64,000 bases of DNA from an uncultured Sphingomonas sp. GTDB lineage: Bacteria; Pseudomonadota; Alphaproteobacteria; Sphingomonadales; Sphingomonadaceae. The notes under the pieces are model-generated. The model did no database searches and was not told where the DNA came from. It saw nothing but the letters and a program-made list of their open reading frames with translations. Of this stretch, positions 32,695 through 46,017 are shown in pieces. How positions within the stretch are numbered: position 1 is the first letter of the stretch; every line of letters begins with the position of its first letter. The stretch lies in the NCBI RefSeq assembly GCF_937859915.1, contig NZ_CALMAW010000092.1, positions 19,327-83,326 on the forward strand, written 5' to 3'. Made by a program: the position numbers and the translations under genes.

Positions 32695-33741
32695 ATGCCC
32701 GTCCCGCCCGTCCTCGAAATGTCCGATCGCGCGCGCAGCGTGTTCCGCGTCGTCGTGGAAAGCTATCTGCGCTCGGGTACGCCGATCGGGTCGCGGACGA
32801 TCTCGCAGCTGTCCGGGCTGAATCTGTCGCCTGCCTCGATCCGCACCGTGATGCAGGATCTCGAGGAAGCGGGACTGCTCGCCGCGCCGCATATCTCCGC
32901 CGGCCGGATGCCGACCGAGAGCGGGCTGCGGCTGTTCGTCGACGGCATGATGCAGACCGACGAGCCCTCCGACGCCGAACGGGCCGCCATCGAGCGCGGG
33001 GTCGGGCAGGGCGGAGGTCCGATCGAGGAGGCGCTCGCCACCGCATCTGCCGTGCTGTCCGGACTGTCCGCCTGCGCGGGGCTCGTGCTGGTGCCGAAGC
33101 AGGAGCCCATCCTCCGGCAATTCGGCTTCGTGCCGCTGACCCACGACCAGGCGTTGGCGGTGCTGGTCGGCTCGGACGGCAGTGTCGAGAACCGCGTGGT
33201 CGCGCTGCCGCCGGGCACGACGCCGTCCGCGCTGATCGAAGCGGCGAACTATATCAGCGCCGAGCTTGCCGGCTTCACGCTCAGCGAGGCGCAGGCGCGG
33301 CTCGGCGCCGAGATCGGGCTAGGACGCGCGCAGCTGGATCGTGTCAGCCGCGATCTCGTCGAGCGTGGACTGGCGGTGTGGTCGATCGACGGCGCGGCGC
33401 GGCCGGTGTTGATCGTGCGTGGTCAGGCCAATCTGATCGATCCCGCCGCCGCTGAGGATCTCGAGCGGGTCCGTCAGCTGCTCGACGAGCTCGAAGGCAA
33501 GGAGGAGATTGCGCGCCTGCTCGACGGCGCGCGCAACGGGTCTGCGACCAAGATCTTCATCGGATCGGAGAACAAGCTGTTTTCATTGTCGGGCTCGTCG
33601 ATTATCGCGGCGCCCTATCGCGCCCGTGAGGGGCGCGTCGTGGGCGTGGTCGGCGTGATCGGGCCCACGAGGTTGAATTATGCACGCGTCGTACCGATGG
33701 TGGATTTCACCGCGCACGCGCTTTCCAGGTTGATGGCATGA
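32695..33741 (+). CDS. hrcA: Heat-inducible transcription repressor
   Basis: [40 protein letters not shown]. Confidence 0.97.
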   Translation: MPVPPVLEMSDRARSVFRVVVESYLRSGTPIGSRTISQLSGLNLSPASIRTVMQDLEEAGLLAAPHISAGRMPTESGLRLFVDGMMQTDEPSDAERAAIERGVGQGGGPIEEALATASAVLSGLSACAGLVLVPKQEPILRQFGFVPLTHDQALAVLVGSDGSVENRVVALPPGTTPSALIEAANYISAELAGFTLSEAQARLGAEIGLGRAQLDRVSRDLVERGLAVWSIDGAARPVLIVRGQANLIDPAAAEDLERVRQLLDELEGKEEIARLLDGARNGSATKIFIGSENKLFSLSGSSIIAAPYRAREGRVVGVVGVIGPTRLNYARVVPMVDFTAHALSRLMA

Positions 33742-34301
33742 CTGACGAGACCAACGGCACTACCGACGACACCCTCCGCGCCGAAACGGCCGACGCCGCG
33801 CCCGAGGTGGCCGAGCATGACGCGCTCAAGGCGCAACTCGAAGAGGCCAAGAATCAAGTCCTCTACACGCAGGCGGAGATGCAGAATCTGCGTCGTCGCA
33901 CCGAGAAGGAGGTGTCCGACGCGCGCACCTATGCGACGACCAACTTCGCTCGCGACATGCTCTCGGTGGCGGACAACCTTGCACGGGCGCTCGCCGCAAT
34001 TCCCCCCGAGCTTCGCGACCAGGACAAGATGAAGCCGCTGATCACCGGGATCGAGATGACCGGCAAGGAACTCGAAACCGTGTTTCAGCGCAATGGCATC
34101 GTGCGTATCGAGTCGCTGGGCCAGCCGCTCGATCCCAACAAGCATCAGGCGATCATGGAGATGGAATCGGCCGATCAGGCGCCGGGCACCGTCGTCCATG
34201 AGATGCAGTCGGGCTGGATGATCAAGGACCGATTGCTGCGCCCCGCCATGGTCGGCGTCGCGAAGAAGGGCGAAGGCGCGGGCGTCGAGGCGTCGGCCTA
34301 A
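33738..34301 (+). CDS. grpE: Nucleotide exchange factor GrpE
   Basis: AEMQNLRRR, DNLARAL, DPNKHQAI, RLLRPAMVGV. Confidence 0.97.
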   Translation: MTDETNGTTDDTLRAETADAAPEVAEHDALKAQLEEAKNQVLYTQAEMQNLRRRTEKEVSDARTYATTNFARDMLSVADNLARALAAIPPELRDQDKMKPLITGIEMTGKELETVFQRNGIVRIESLGQPLDPNKHQAIMEMESADQAPGTVVHEMQSGWMIKDRLLRPAMVGVAKKGEGAGVEASA

Positions 34302-34339
34302 GCGCTTACGGTTGCCGGCGAGACCAGCGGGGAGCATCG

Positions 34340-35035
34340 ATGATCGAGACCGAAGACGCTCCCTTCGCGGCGTTGCTCGCCGCCGAACGCAAGGCGCTCG
34401 CATTATTGGACGCGATCGAGGCAGCCGAGCTGATCCAGGCCGGCCGCACCGAGCTCGAGATCGAGCGCGCGATCTTCGCCATCGCCGCGCGCGACTTCGG
34501 TGTCACCGAGCATTGGCACGACCGGATCGTGCGCGCCGGCGTCAATACGCTGTGCGTCGCCGGCGAGGCGGCGCCCGATCGCATGATCGAGACGGACGAC
34601 ATCGTCTTTCTCGATCTCGGCCCCGTCTTCGGCCCATGGGAGGCGGACGTCGGTCGCAGCTATGCGGTCGGCAGCGATCCGCTCAAACATGCGCTGTGCG
34701 CTGATCTCCCTATCGTATTCGACGCGGTGAAGGCGCGGTTCGACGCGGACCCCGACATGACCGGTGCGGCGCTGTATGCGGCTGCCGAGGCGGAAGCCGA
34801 GCAACGGGGCTGGCGCTTCGGCGGCAGGATCGCCGGTCACCTCGTCGGCGAATTCCCCTATGCGCGGCAGCCCGGCGACAAGGAGCTGCGGCGGATCAGC
34901 CCGCGCAATCCGCAGCCGATGCGCGCCCCCGATGCCGAGGGGCGGCCGCGCCACTGGATCCTCGAAATCCATCTCGTCTCGCCGGACGGGCGGTTCGGTG
35001 GCTTCTACGAGCGGCTCCTCGAAGGCATGCCCTGA
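34340..35035 (+). CDS. M24 family metallopeptidase (single domain)
   Basis: Pita-bread ligands FLDLGP..EADVGRS, AGHLVG, ILEIH, FYE. Confidence 0.85.
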   Translation: MIETEDAPFAALLAAERKALALLDAIEAAELIQAGRTELEIERAIFAIAARDFGVTEHWHDRIVRAGVNTLCVAGEAAPDRMIETDDIVFLDLGPVFGPWEADVGRSYAVGSDPLKHALCADLPIVFDAVKARFDADPDMTGAALYAAAEAEAEQRGWRFGGRIAGHLVGEFPYARQPGDKELRRISPRNPQPMRAPDAEGRPRHWILEIHLVSPDGRFGGFYERLLEGMP

Positions 35036-35039
35036 TTGG

Positions 35040-35723
35040 TCAGCGGGTCACGACCGTCAGGCTGAAGGTCGCGCGCCGGCGGAAGCCGAGCGTTTCGTAC
35101 AGCGCAAGCGCGCCGGCATTGTGATCATAGGCATGAAGAAAAGGCGTCTCGCCCTCCGCGAGGATCCGACCCGCCACCTGTCGCATCAGGCCGCCTGCAT
35201 AGCCGCGTCCGCGATGCGCGGGGTGCGTGCAGACCCCGCTCACCTCGACATAGCCGTCAAGGCGCATCCGTTCGCCGGCCATGGCGACGAGCTGCCCGGC
35301 ATCACGAACACCGACGAAGCGGCCGAGGCGATGGGTGAGGCGTCGAAACGGGCCGGGCTTGGTGAGATCGGCAAGCGCGCGCATGGCGCCAGCGTCGGCC
35401 TCGCCGAGTTCGACGATATCGAAGGCGGGCGGCGTCGCATCGATCGAGGGCGCCCACATCTGCACGCAGACGGCGCTACGGAGAATCTTGAGGTCGCCTA
35501 GGTTGGCTGGCGGCTCGTTTTTCTCCACCAGCCATGCCTCTTCACCCGCGTCGACCAGGGTCGCCAGATCCCTCAGAGTATCGGGCAACATATCTGGCGC
35601 CGCCGCGAACGGACCGTATTCGGGCGCCAGTCGCACTGCCCGGCCCGCGCGGTCCAACCGATCCGCCCAACCGGCATGCAGTGCATTCCACACCGGCCGA
35701 TCGAGCGGATGCGGCTCGGTCAC
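35040..35723 (-). CDS. GNAT family acetyltransferase (FR47-like)
   Basis: [41 protein letters not shown]. Confidence 0.88.
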   Translation of the reverse strand: MTEPHPLDRPVWNALHAGWADRLDRAGRAVRLAPEYGPFAAAPDMLPDTLRDLATLVDAGEEAWLVEKNEPPANLGDLKILRSAVCVQMWAPSIDATPPAFDIVELGEADAGAMRALADLTKPGPFRRLTHRLGRFVGVRDAGQLVAMAGERMRLDGYVEVSGVCTHPAHRGRGYAGGLMRQVAGRILAEGETPFLHAYDHNAGALALYETLGFRRRATFSLTVVTR

Positions 35724-36832
35724 TCGCCGAACATGCCCTTGAGCTTGTCGAAGAAGCCGGTCGAGGCAGGCGTTTCGTCACCGGTCTCGGTCTCGCGGAA
35801 CTCGGCGAGCAATTCCTTCTGGCGCCCCGACAATTTGGTCGGGGTCTCGACCGCGATCTCGACGACGAGGTCGCCGCGGCCGCGCTGATTGAGCACGGTC
35901 ATGCCCGAGCCGCGGTGACGCAGCTGCTTGCCCGACTGAATGCCGGCGGGAATCTTGACGGTCACCGCCTCGCCATCGATTCCGGGCACTTCGATTTCGC
36001 CGCCGAGCGCTGCGGTGGTGAAGCTGATCGGCGCGCGCACCGCCAGCGTCGTTCCCTCGCGCACGAAATAGGCGTGCTGGGTGACATGGAGGAAGATGTA
36101 CAGGTCGCCCGGGGGCGCGCCGCGGCCGCCGGCCTCGCCTTCGCCCGAGATCCGGATGCGCGTACCCTCGTCGACGCCCGCGGGAATCTTGACCTCGAGC
36201 GTCTTCTCCTTGTCGATCCGACCCTCGCCGCGACACGCGGTGCAGGGATCGGTGATCACCTGGCCCGCCCCGTGGCAGGTCGGACACGCCCGCTCGACAA
36301 CGAAAAAGCCCTGCTGCGCACGCACCTTGCCGTGACCCGCGCACGTCTTGCAGGTCTTGGCGGACGTCCCCGGCTTGGCACCGGTGCCCTCGCACACGGT
36401 ACAGTTGGCGGCGACATCGATCGTGACGGGTACGGTCTTGCCGTTGAAGGCGTCCTCGAGGCTGATCTCGAGATCGTAGCGCAGGTCCGCACCGCGGCGC
36501 TGGCCGCCGCGCTGCTGCCGGCCGCCGCCCATGAAGTCGCCGAACACGCTCTCGAAAATATCGGAGAAGCCTTCGAAGCCCTGGCCTTGTCCGCCACCGC
36601 CGCCCTGGCGGAACGCGGCATGGCCATATTGATCATAGGCCGCGCGCTTCTGCGGATCCTTGAGGCAGTCATAGGCCTCGGAGATCGCCTTGAACTTGGT
36701 TTCGGCTTCGGGGTTGCCGGGGTTGCGATCGGGATGGTGCACCATCGCGAGCCGGCGATAGGACGATTTGATTGTCGCGCCGTCGGCGGTGCGCTCGCAT
36801 TCGAGCAATTCGTAGAAATCGATATCGGTCAT
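35720..36832 (-). CDS. dnaJ: Chaperone DnaJ
   Basis: HPD J-domain, four CxxCxGxG repeats. Confidence 0.98.
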   Translation of the reverse strand: MTDIDFYELLECERTADGATIKSSYRRLAMVHHPDRNPGNPEAETKFKAISEAYDCLKDPQKRAAYDQYGHAAFRQGGGGGQGQGFEGFSDIFESVFGDFMGGGRQQRGGQRRGADLRYDLEISLEDAFNGKTVPVTIDVAANCTVCEGTGAKPGTSAKTCKTCAGHGKVRAQQGFFVVERACPTCHGAGQVITDPCTACRGEGRIDKEKTLEVKIPAGVDEGTRIRISGEGEAGGRGAPPGDLYIFLHVTQHAYFVREGTTLAVRAPISFTTAALGGEIEVPGIDGEAVTVKIPAGIQSGKQLRHRGSGMTVLNQRGRGDLVVEIAVETPTKLSGRQKELLAEFRETETGDETPASTGFFDKLKGMFGE

Positions 36833-36845
36833 TGAGTCCTCTTCT

Positions 36846-36996
36846 CCCCTCTCCCCCTGGGGGAGAGGGAGGGGCCCGCCGGCTTTAGCCGGCGGGAGGG
36901 TGAGGGCACGCCACGTATACCGCGGGCCCTCACCCAACTCCGACTAAGTGGCTCCGCCACTAAGTCTCCGTATCCCTCTCGCCCAAGGAGAGAGGG
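36846..36996. repeat. Composite palindromic element family B between dnaK and dnaJ
   Basis: About 70 nt near-identical to the hemW copy (TGGCGTGCCCTCACCC..CCGGC..GCCGGCGGGCCCC..CCCTCTCCCCC.GGGGGAGAGGGGA). Confidence 0.85.
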
Positions 36997-37003
36997 TTTC
37001 ACC

Positions 37004-38896
<1,893 letters not shown>

Positions 38897-38983
38897 TCAA
38901 AATCCCCGTAATCTCTCGATAGGTTCGACGAGCCTTCCGCCACCCCTCATCAAGCGAATGGCGAGAGGAATGCTCTGGCGGCG

Positions 38984-39011
38984 ATATAAGAAGGCCCGCG
39001 CTTGCTGCAAG
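38984..39011 (-). promoter_or_regulatory. Sigma-32 (RpoH) promoter of dnaK
   Basis: Minus strand CTTG-N17-CTTATAT, matching the alphaproteobacterial RpoH consensus. Confidence 0.75.
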
Positions 39012-39061
39012 CGTGTGTGACGCCTAATCCCAGCGGCGTAACGATCAGGGACAGAAAGTCT

Positions 39062-39517
39062 ATGCGTTTGCGCCTTTTTTCGGGTGCCGTCCCGCTCGTT
39101 CTGCTGGTGCTGGGCGGCTGCCATCCGGCCGATCGATTGCGCGCGACGCATGCCTGGGTGCGGCTGGCCGCGGTGCCGGGCAATCCCGCGGCCGCCTATC
39201 TGACTGTGCAGGGCGGGCCCGATGCGACACGCTTGGTGTCGGTCGACAGCGAAGCGGCAGGGTCGAGCGAGCTCCACCAAAGCATGAAGACCGGGCCCGG
39301 TGGCGCTATGACGGGGATGCAGCGGCTCGACGGACTTGATCTTCCGGCACACGGAACGCTCGTCTTCGCGCCCGGCGGCAATCACGTCATGCTGTTCGGT
39401 GTCAGTCCGGCGATCAAGCCCGACGGGCACATGACGCTCGCGCTCCGCTTCGCCAAGGGGCAGCCGCTGCAGGTCGATGCGATCGTGGTCGGGGCAGGGG
39501 ATGCGGCACCCTATTGA
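39062..39517 (+). CDS. Copper chaperone PCu(A)C
   Basis: AWVR, AAAYLT, ELH..M..M, PGGNHVML; lipobox-like LGGC. Confidence 0.9.
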   Translation: MRLRLFSGAVPLVLLVLGGCHPADRLRATHAWVRLAAVPGNPAAAYLTVQGGPDATRLVSVDSEAAGSSELHQSMKTGPGGAMTGMQRLDGLDLPAHGTLVFAPGGNHVMLFGVSPAIKPDGHMTLALRFAKGQPLQVDAIVVGAGDAAPY

Positions 39518-39588
39518 TCGCGCGCGTTGCCGCAGCGGGGTGCCTCTGCTAGGCGCGGCGCTTTCCGTCACGCCTACAGGACAACCGC

Positions 39589-40915
<1,327 letters not shown>

Positions 40916-40923
<8 letters not shown>

Positions 40924-41467
40924 CGCGCGCGCCGCTCTGCGCCGCGACACCGCGGGCGATCACGAGCGGCTCGATGCGCTGTTCGGGCGTTTCCGGCTCG
41001 ACGATCCGGTGGATTACCGTGCCTTTCTGACGGCGCATGCGATGGCGCTGCCGTCGGTCGAGGCGGCACTCGATGCGGCGGGATTCGCCGCTCTGCTCGA
41101 CGATTGGCCGGCGCGGCGGCGCGGGTCGGCGATCGCGGCCGATCTGGCGGCGCTGGGCGACGCGATGCCGCCGCCGCTCGCCGCGCCGCCGCTTGACACG
41201 CCTGCCGCCCAATGGGGCGCCGCCTATGTCGTCGAGGGGTCGCGACTAGGCGGAGCATTGCTTGCCCGCGGAGTCGCCGAGACGTCGCCGACATACTATC
41301 TCGGCACGCCACAGCCGCCCGGCGCCTGGCGGAATTTCCTCGCGCGGCTCGACGAGCAGCTGCGGAGCCCCGATGAGATCGCTGCGGCCACCGAAGCGGC
41401 CCGCGGGACGTTTACACTGTTCGAGCAGGCGGGACGGATCGTGAAGGGCGCAGACGTTCGACCGTAA
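40916..41467 (+). CDS. Biliverdin-producing heme oxygenase (BphO-like)
   Basis: LRRDTAGDHERLD proximal His, YVVEGSRLGG distal motif; overlaps purB stop. Confidence 0.85.
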
Positions 41468-41564
41468 TTCCCTGGAGCAGGCCGGGGTCCAGGCCTCAGC
41501 TCACCGTATCGCGGTCGCGACTGCCACAAACTGCGGGCCTGGGCCCCGGCCTTCGCCGGGGAAC
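41468..41564. repeat. Family A palindromic element
   Basis: TTCCCTGGAGCAGGCCGGGGTCCAGGCC...GGCCTGGGCCCCGGCCTTCGCCGGGGAAC. Confidence 0.85.
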
Positions 41565-41572
41565 GGCTGTCC

Positions 41573-42052
41573 CTATTTCTTGCGCGTGAAATCCACCGAG
41601 ACGACGTTCGAGCCGTCCTCGGTCGTGGCCACTGGCGCGTCGTTCTCGGCCTCGGCGGGCTCCGGCTCGGCGTCGTCGGCCTGCGCCTGAAACTGCAGTG
41701 CGAAGTTGACCGCGGGATCGACGAAGCCGGTCACTGCCGCGAACGGCACGATCAGCTTGGACGGCACCTGGTTGAAGCTCAAGCCCACCTCGAACGCGTC
41801 CGGGCGAACCTTGAGTTCCCAAAAGCGGTTCTGGATGACGATCGTCATCTCGTCGGGGAAACGCTGGGTGAGGTGCTTGGGGATGTCGACGCCGGGTGCG
41901 CCGGTCTTGAAGGTGATGTAGAAATGATGCTCGCCGGGCAGCCCGCCGCCACGCTCGACCTCGCCGAGCACGCGGCCGACGACTGCGCGCAGGGCCTCCT
42001 GCACGATCTCGTCGTAGGGAATCAGGCTGTCTGGCACGCTACTTTCGGTCAT
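41573..42052 (-). CDS. sspB: SspB-alpha family ClpXP adaptor
   Basis: GLPGEHHFYITFKT, PDEMTIVIQ, FVDPAVNFALQF, NVVSVDF tail. Confidence 0.92.
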   Translation of the reverse strand: MTESSVPDSLIPYDEIVQEALRAVVGRVLGEVERGGGLPGEHHFYITFKTGAPGVDIPKHLTQRFPDEMTIVIQNRFWELKVRPDAFEVGLSFNQVPSKLIVPFAAVTGFVDPAVNFALQFQAQADDAEPEPAEAENDAPVATTEDGSNVVSVDFTRKK

Positions 42053-42172
42053 GCGACCGTACCTGAACGCGGTCGCCGCAAGGGTCAAGCGCCCGTTGCG
42101 TGATCGTCAGACCGCGCTATGAGGGCCGCGCCGTAAGGTCGGCCCCTACAGTCGAGCAGAAGGACAAGCCCC

Positions 42173-42769
42173 ATGCGTCGCGCCGAAGTCCGCCGCGAGA
42201 CCACCGAGACGCAGATCGCGGTGACGCTCGATCTCGACGGCAGCGGCCGCTATGCGGTCTCAACCGGCATCGGCTTTCTCGACCACATGCTCGAGCAGCT
42301 GTCCCGCCACGCGCTGATCGACCTGACCGTCGAGGCGAAGGGCGATCTCCACATCGATCACCACCACACCACCGAGGACAGTGCGCTCGCGATCGGCGAG
42401 GCCTTTTCGAAGGCGCTGAGCGACCGCAAGGGCATCCAGCGCTTCGGCGCGGCCTATGCGCCGATGGACGAGACGCTGACCCGCGTCGCGATCGACATTT
42501 CGGGGCGGCCCTATCTGGTGTGGCGCACCGCATTCTCGCAGGCCAAGCTCGGCGACTTCGACACCGAATTGTTCGAGCACTGGTTCCAGTCGTTCGCCCA
42601 GGCGGCGGGGATCACGCTGCATGTTGAGACGCTGTACGGGCGCAACAACCACCATATCGTCGAGAGCGCGTTCAAGGCGCTGGCGCGGGCGCTGCGCGCC
42701 GCGATCGAGATCGATCCGCGCAAGGCGGACCAGGTGCCGAGCACGAAAGGCACGCTGGGCGGGCAATGA
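42173..42769 (+). CDS. hisB: Imidazoleglycerol-phosphate dehydratase
   Basis: [27 protein letters not shown]. Confidence 0.98.
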   Translation: MRRAEVRRETTETQIAVTLDLDGSGRYAVSTGIGFLDHMLEQLSRHALIDLTVEAKGDLHIDHHHTTEDSALAIGEAFSKALSDRKGIQRFGAAYAPMDETLTRVAIDISGRPYLVWRTAFSQAKLGDFDTELFEHWFQSFAQAAGITLHVETLYGRNNHHIVESAFKALARALRAAIEIDPRKADQVPSTKGTLGGQ

Positions 42770-43377
42770 CGCTTGCGCTGATCGACTACGGCGCCGGCAA
42801 TCTTCGCTCGGTCGAGAATGCGCTGCTCGCCGCGGGCGCGCGCGACGTCGTCGTGACGGCCGATCCGGAGGCGGTGCGCGCGGCTGATCGCATCGTGCTG
42901 CCCGGGGTCGGTGCGTTCGGCGCGTGCATGGGCGCGTTGTCGGCGCTGCCCGGCATGGTCGAGACGCTGAATGGGCGGGTGATCGAACAGGGCACGCCGT
43001 TCCTCGGCATCTGCGTCGGCATGCAGCTGATGGCCGACGCCGGCGAGGAGCACGGCACGCATACAGGGCTCGGCTGGATCGGCGGCACGGTGCGGCTGAT
43101 GCCGGACGCGCCCGATCTCAAGATCCCGCATATGGGCTGGAACGGCGTCATGCCGGCGACGACGCATCCGCTGATCGTCCCCGGCGAAGCCTATTTTCTC
43201 CACAGCTTCGCCTTCGACGTCGCCGACCCCGCGACGCTGCTCGCGGCAACCGATCATGGCGGTCCGCTCACCGCGGCGGTCGGGCGCGACACGATGATCG
43301 GCGTGCAATTCCATCCCGAGAAGAGCCAGGCCTATGGGCTGGCGTTCCTGTCGCGCTTTCTGGAGTGGAAACCCTGA
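42766..43377 (+). CDS. hisH: IGP synthase glutaminase subunit
   Basis: [29 protein letters not shown]. Confidence 0.97.
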   Translation: MTLALIDYGAGNLRSVENALLAAGARDVVVTADPEAVRAADRIVLPGVGAFGACMGALSALPGMVETLNGRVIEQGTPFLGICVGMQLMADAGEEHGTHTGLGWIGGTVRLMPDAPDLKIPHMGWNGVMPATTHPLIVPGEAYFLHSFAFDVADPATLLAATDHGGPLTAAVGRDTMIGVQFHPEKSQAYGLAFLSRFLEWKP

Positions 43378-44126
43378 CCGCCCCCCTGATCATCTTCCCC
43401 GCGATCGACCTCAAGGGCGGGCAGGTCGTCCGCCTCGCGGAGGGCGATATGGACCGCGCTACCGTCTATGGCGACGACCCGGCGGCCCAGGCCCGCCTGT
43501 TCGCTGAGGCGGGCGCGACGCATCTCCATGTCGTCGATCTCGACGGGGCGTTCGCGGGCAAGGCGGTCAATGCGGGCGCGGTCGAGGCTATTCTCAAGGC
43601 CTTTCCCGGCAAGGTGCAGGTCGGCGGCGGGATCCGCGATCGCGCCGCGGTGGATCGCTGGCTGGGACTGGGCGTCGACCGCGTCGTGATCGGCACCGCC
43701 GCGCTCGACCATCCCGACTTCGTCCGCGAGGCCGCCACCGAACTGCCCGGCCGCATCGTCGTCGCGGTCGACGCGCGCGGTGGCTTCGTCGCGACGCAGG
43801 GCTGGGCGGACGTGTCCGAGGTGCTGGTCACCGATCTCGCGCACCGCTTCGCCGATGTCGGGGTCGCGGCGCTGTTGTTCACCGACGTCGGGCGCGATGG
43901 GCTGCTCAAGGGCTGCAATGTCGAGGCGACCCAGGCGCTCGCCCATGCGACGCCGATCCCGGTGATCGCCAGCGGCGGCGTCGCAGGGATCGAGGATGTC
44001 GAGGCGCTGCTCATCGCGCGCGCCGGAATCGTCGAGGGCGGGATCGAAGGCGTGATCACCGGACGCGCGCTCTATGATGGGCGGCTCGATCTGGCCGAGG
44101 CCTTGCGGGTGGCGGCGGCGGGATGA
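43374..44126 (+). CDS. hisA: ProFAR isomerase HisA
   Basis: [34 protein letters not shown]; no ATG, start is CTG 43374 or GTG 43365. Confidence 0.95.
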   Translation: MTAPLIIFPAIDLKGGQVVRLAEGDMDRATVYGDDPAAQARLFAEAGATHLHVVDLDGAFAGKAVNAGAVEAILKAFPGKVQVGGGIRDRAAVDRWLGLGVDRVVIGTAALDHPDFVREAATELPGRIVVAVDARGGFVATQGWADVSEVLVTDLAHRFADVGVAALLFTDVGRDGLLKGCNVEATQALAHATPIPVIASGGVAGIEDVEALLIARAGIVEGGIEGVITGRALYDGRLDLAEALRVAAAG

Positions 44127-44143
44127 CGGGCGTGCCCCCTACA

Positions 44144-44226
44144 CCGTTCGCACTGAGCGAAGTCGAAGTGTGCGTTACGAGCGCAGCGTTTGCAGCATGT
44201 CCTTCGACTGCGCTCAGGACGAACGG
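44144..44226. repeat. Palindromic element family C between hisA and hisF
   Basis: CCGTTCGCACTGAGCGAAGTCGAAG...CTTCGACTGCGCTCAGGACGAACGG. Confidence 0.85.
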
Positions 44227-44250
44227 GTTTCTTGTGGCGGCGCCGAACGC

Positions 44251-45012
44251 ATGACCGTCCGCGTCCGCGTCATCCCCTGCCTCGACGTCGCCGGCGGCCG
44301 TGTCGTCAAGGGCGTCAATTTTGTCGACCTCGCCGACGCGGGCGATCCGGTCGAACAGGCGCGCATCTATGATGCCGCACAGGCCGACGAACTCTGCTTT
44401 CTCGACATCACCGCGAGCCACGAGGCGCGCGGGACGCTGCTCGACGTCGTCGCACGCACTGCAAAGGTGTGTTTCATGCCGCTCACCGTCGGCGGCGGGG
44501 TGCGCACCGCCGACGATGCGCGCGCCCTGCTGCTCGCGGGCGCCGACAAGGTCGCGGTCAATTCGGCGGCGGTGGCGCGGCCCGCGCTGGTCGGTGAGAT
44601 GGCCGAGCGGTTCGGCGCGCAATGCGTCGTCGGCGCGATCGACGCGCGGCAGGTCGGCCCGGGCCGTTGGGAAGTCTATACGCATGGCGGGCGCAAGCCG
44701 ACCGGCGTCGATGCGATCGCCCATGCCCGCGATCTGGCGGCACGCGGCGCGGGCGAACTGCTCGTCACCTCGATGGACCGCGACGGTACGCGCGACGGCT
44801 ATGACCTCGCGCTCACCCGCGCGATTTCGGACGCGGTGTCGGTGCCGGTCATCGCCAGCGGCGGGGTCGGCACGCTCGACCATCTCGTCGAGGGCGTGAC
44901 GCGGGGTGGCGCCTCGGCGGTGCTTGCCGCCTCGATCTTCCACTTCGGCCAGCACCGCGTTGCCGACGCGCATGCCGCGCTTGCCGCGGCCGGATTGCCG
45001 GTCCGCCGCTGA
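44251..45012 (+). CDS. hisF: IGP synthase cyclase subunit
   Basis: [43 protein letters not shown]. Confidence 0.98.
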   Translation: MTVRVRVIPCLDVAGGRVVKGVNFVDLADAGDPVEQARIYDAAQADELCFLDITASHEARGTLLDVVARTAKVCFMPLTVGGGVRTADDARALLLAGADKVAVNSAAVARPALVGEMAERFGAQCVVGAIDARQVGPGRWEVYTHGGRKPTGVDAIAHARDLAARGAGELLVTSMDRDGTRDGYDLALTRAISDAVSVPVIASGGVGTLDHLVEGVTRGGASAVLAASIFHFGQHRVADAHAALAAAGLPVRR

Positions 45013-45107
45013 CGGAAGGCGGCGCGCGGACGTCATCGCCGAACGGCTTGCCGCGACCGTACGGCGTCACGGTTGACCCGGCGCGCGACCCGACCCTAGG
45101 GAGCGGC

Positions 45108-45542
45108 ATGGCTGACACGCTCAACAGGCTCGCCGCCACCATCGCCGCTCGTCGCGCGGCCGATCCTGGCTCGTCTTACGTGGCGTCGCTGTTCGCCAAG
45201 GGGCTGCCCAAGATCGCGCAGAAGCTGGGCGAGGAGGCGGTCGAGACGGTGATCGCCGCGCTTGGCGGCGATGCCCACGCGGTGACCGGGGAGGCGGCCG
45301 ACCTGCTGTTCCACCTGATGGTGCTTCTCGAGGCGACCAACGTTCCGATTGCAACCGTGCTGGCGGAACTCGACCGTCGCGAAGGCCTGTCCGGCCTCGA
45401 CGAAAAGGCGTCGCGGCCAAAGCCGGTCTTTGCCTCGGCGCCGGTCATCGCGGCCGAGGCGGCGGCACCGGAGGTCGCGGCCACACCGAGCCTGGCACTT
45501 GGGCGCAAGACCGGTGAGCGGCGCCGGATCCGGAGGGGCTGA
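45108..45542 (+). CDS. hisE: Phosphoribosyl-ATP pyrophosphatase
   Basis: SYVASLF, KLGEEAVE, EAADLLFH; extended C-terminus. Confidence 0.95.
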   Translation: MADTLNRLAATIAARRAADPGSSYVASLFAKGLPKIAQKLGEEAVETVIAALGGDAHAVTGEAADLLFHLMVLLEATNVPIATVLAELDRREGLSGLDEKASRPKPVFASAPVIAAEAAAPEVAATPSLALGRKTGERRRIRRG

Positions 45543-45922
45543 TGCCGATCGATGCCACGCTCGCCTATGACGATTCGAACATATTCGCGAAGATCCTGCG
45601 CGACGAGATACCGGCCCAGCGCGTCTATGAGGATGATTTCGCGCTCGCCTTCCACGACATCAATCCACAGGCGCCGACGCATATCCTGGTGATTCCCAAG
45701 GGACGATATGTGTCGTGGGATGATTTTGCCGCGTCGGCGAGCGCAGACGAGATCGCCGGCTTCGTGCGCGCCGTCGGCACCGTGGCGCGCGACAACGGGC
45801 TGGTCGCGCCGGGCTATCGTCTCCTCGCCAATATCGGCACCGACGGGCACCAGGAGGTGCCGCATCTCCACGTCCATCTGTTCGGGGGGCGCCCGCTTGG
45901 GCCGATGCTGTCACGCGTCTGA
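45542..45922 (+). CDS. Histidine triad (HIT) nucleotide-binding protein
   Basis: NIFAKILR, DINPQAPTH, QEVPHLHVH. Confidence 0.95.
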   Translation: MPIDATLAYDDSNIFAKILRDEIPAQRVYEDDFALAFHDINPQAPTHILVIPKGRYVSWDDFAASASADEIAGFVRAVGTVARDNGLVAPGYRLLANIGTDGHQEVPHLHVHLFGGRPLGPMLSRV

Positions 45923-46017
45923 CGCATCGCCGCTTGCGCACTGCGGAATTGCGGTTAGGTTCCCCGATCCTGAACGACGGCGCGCTCGAGGCGCAGCCGA
46001 TCTAGGGGACTGACCGC

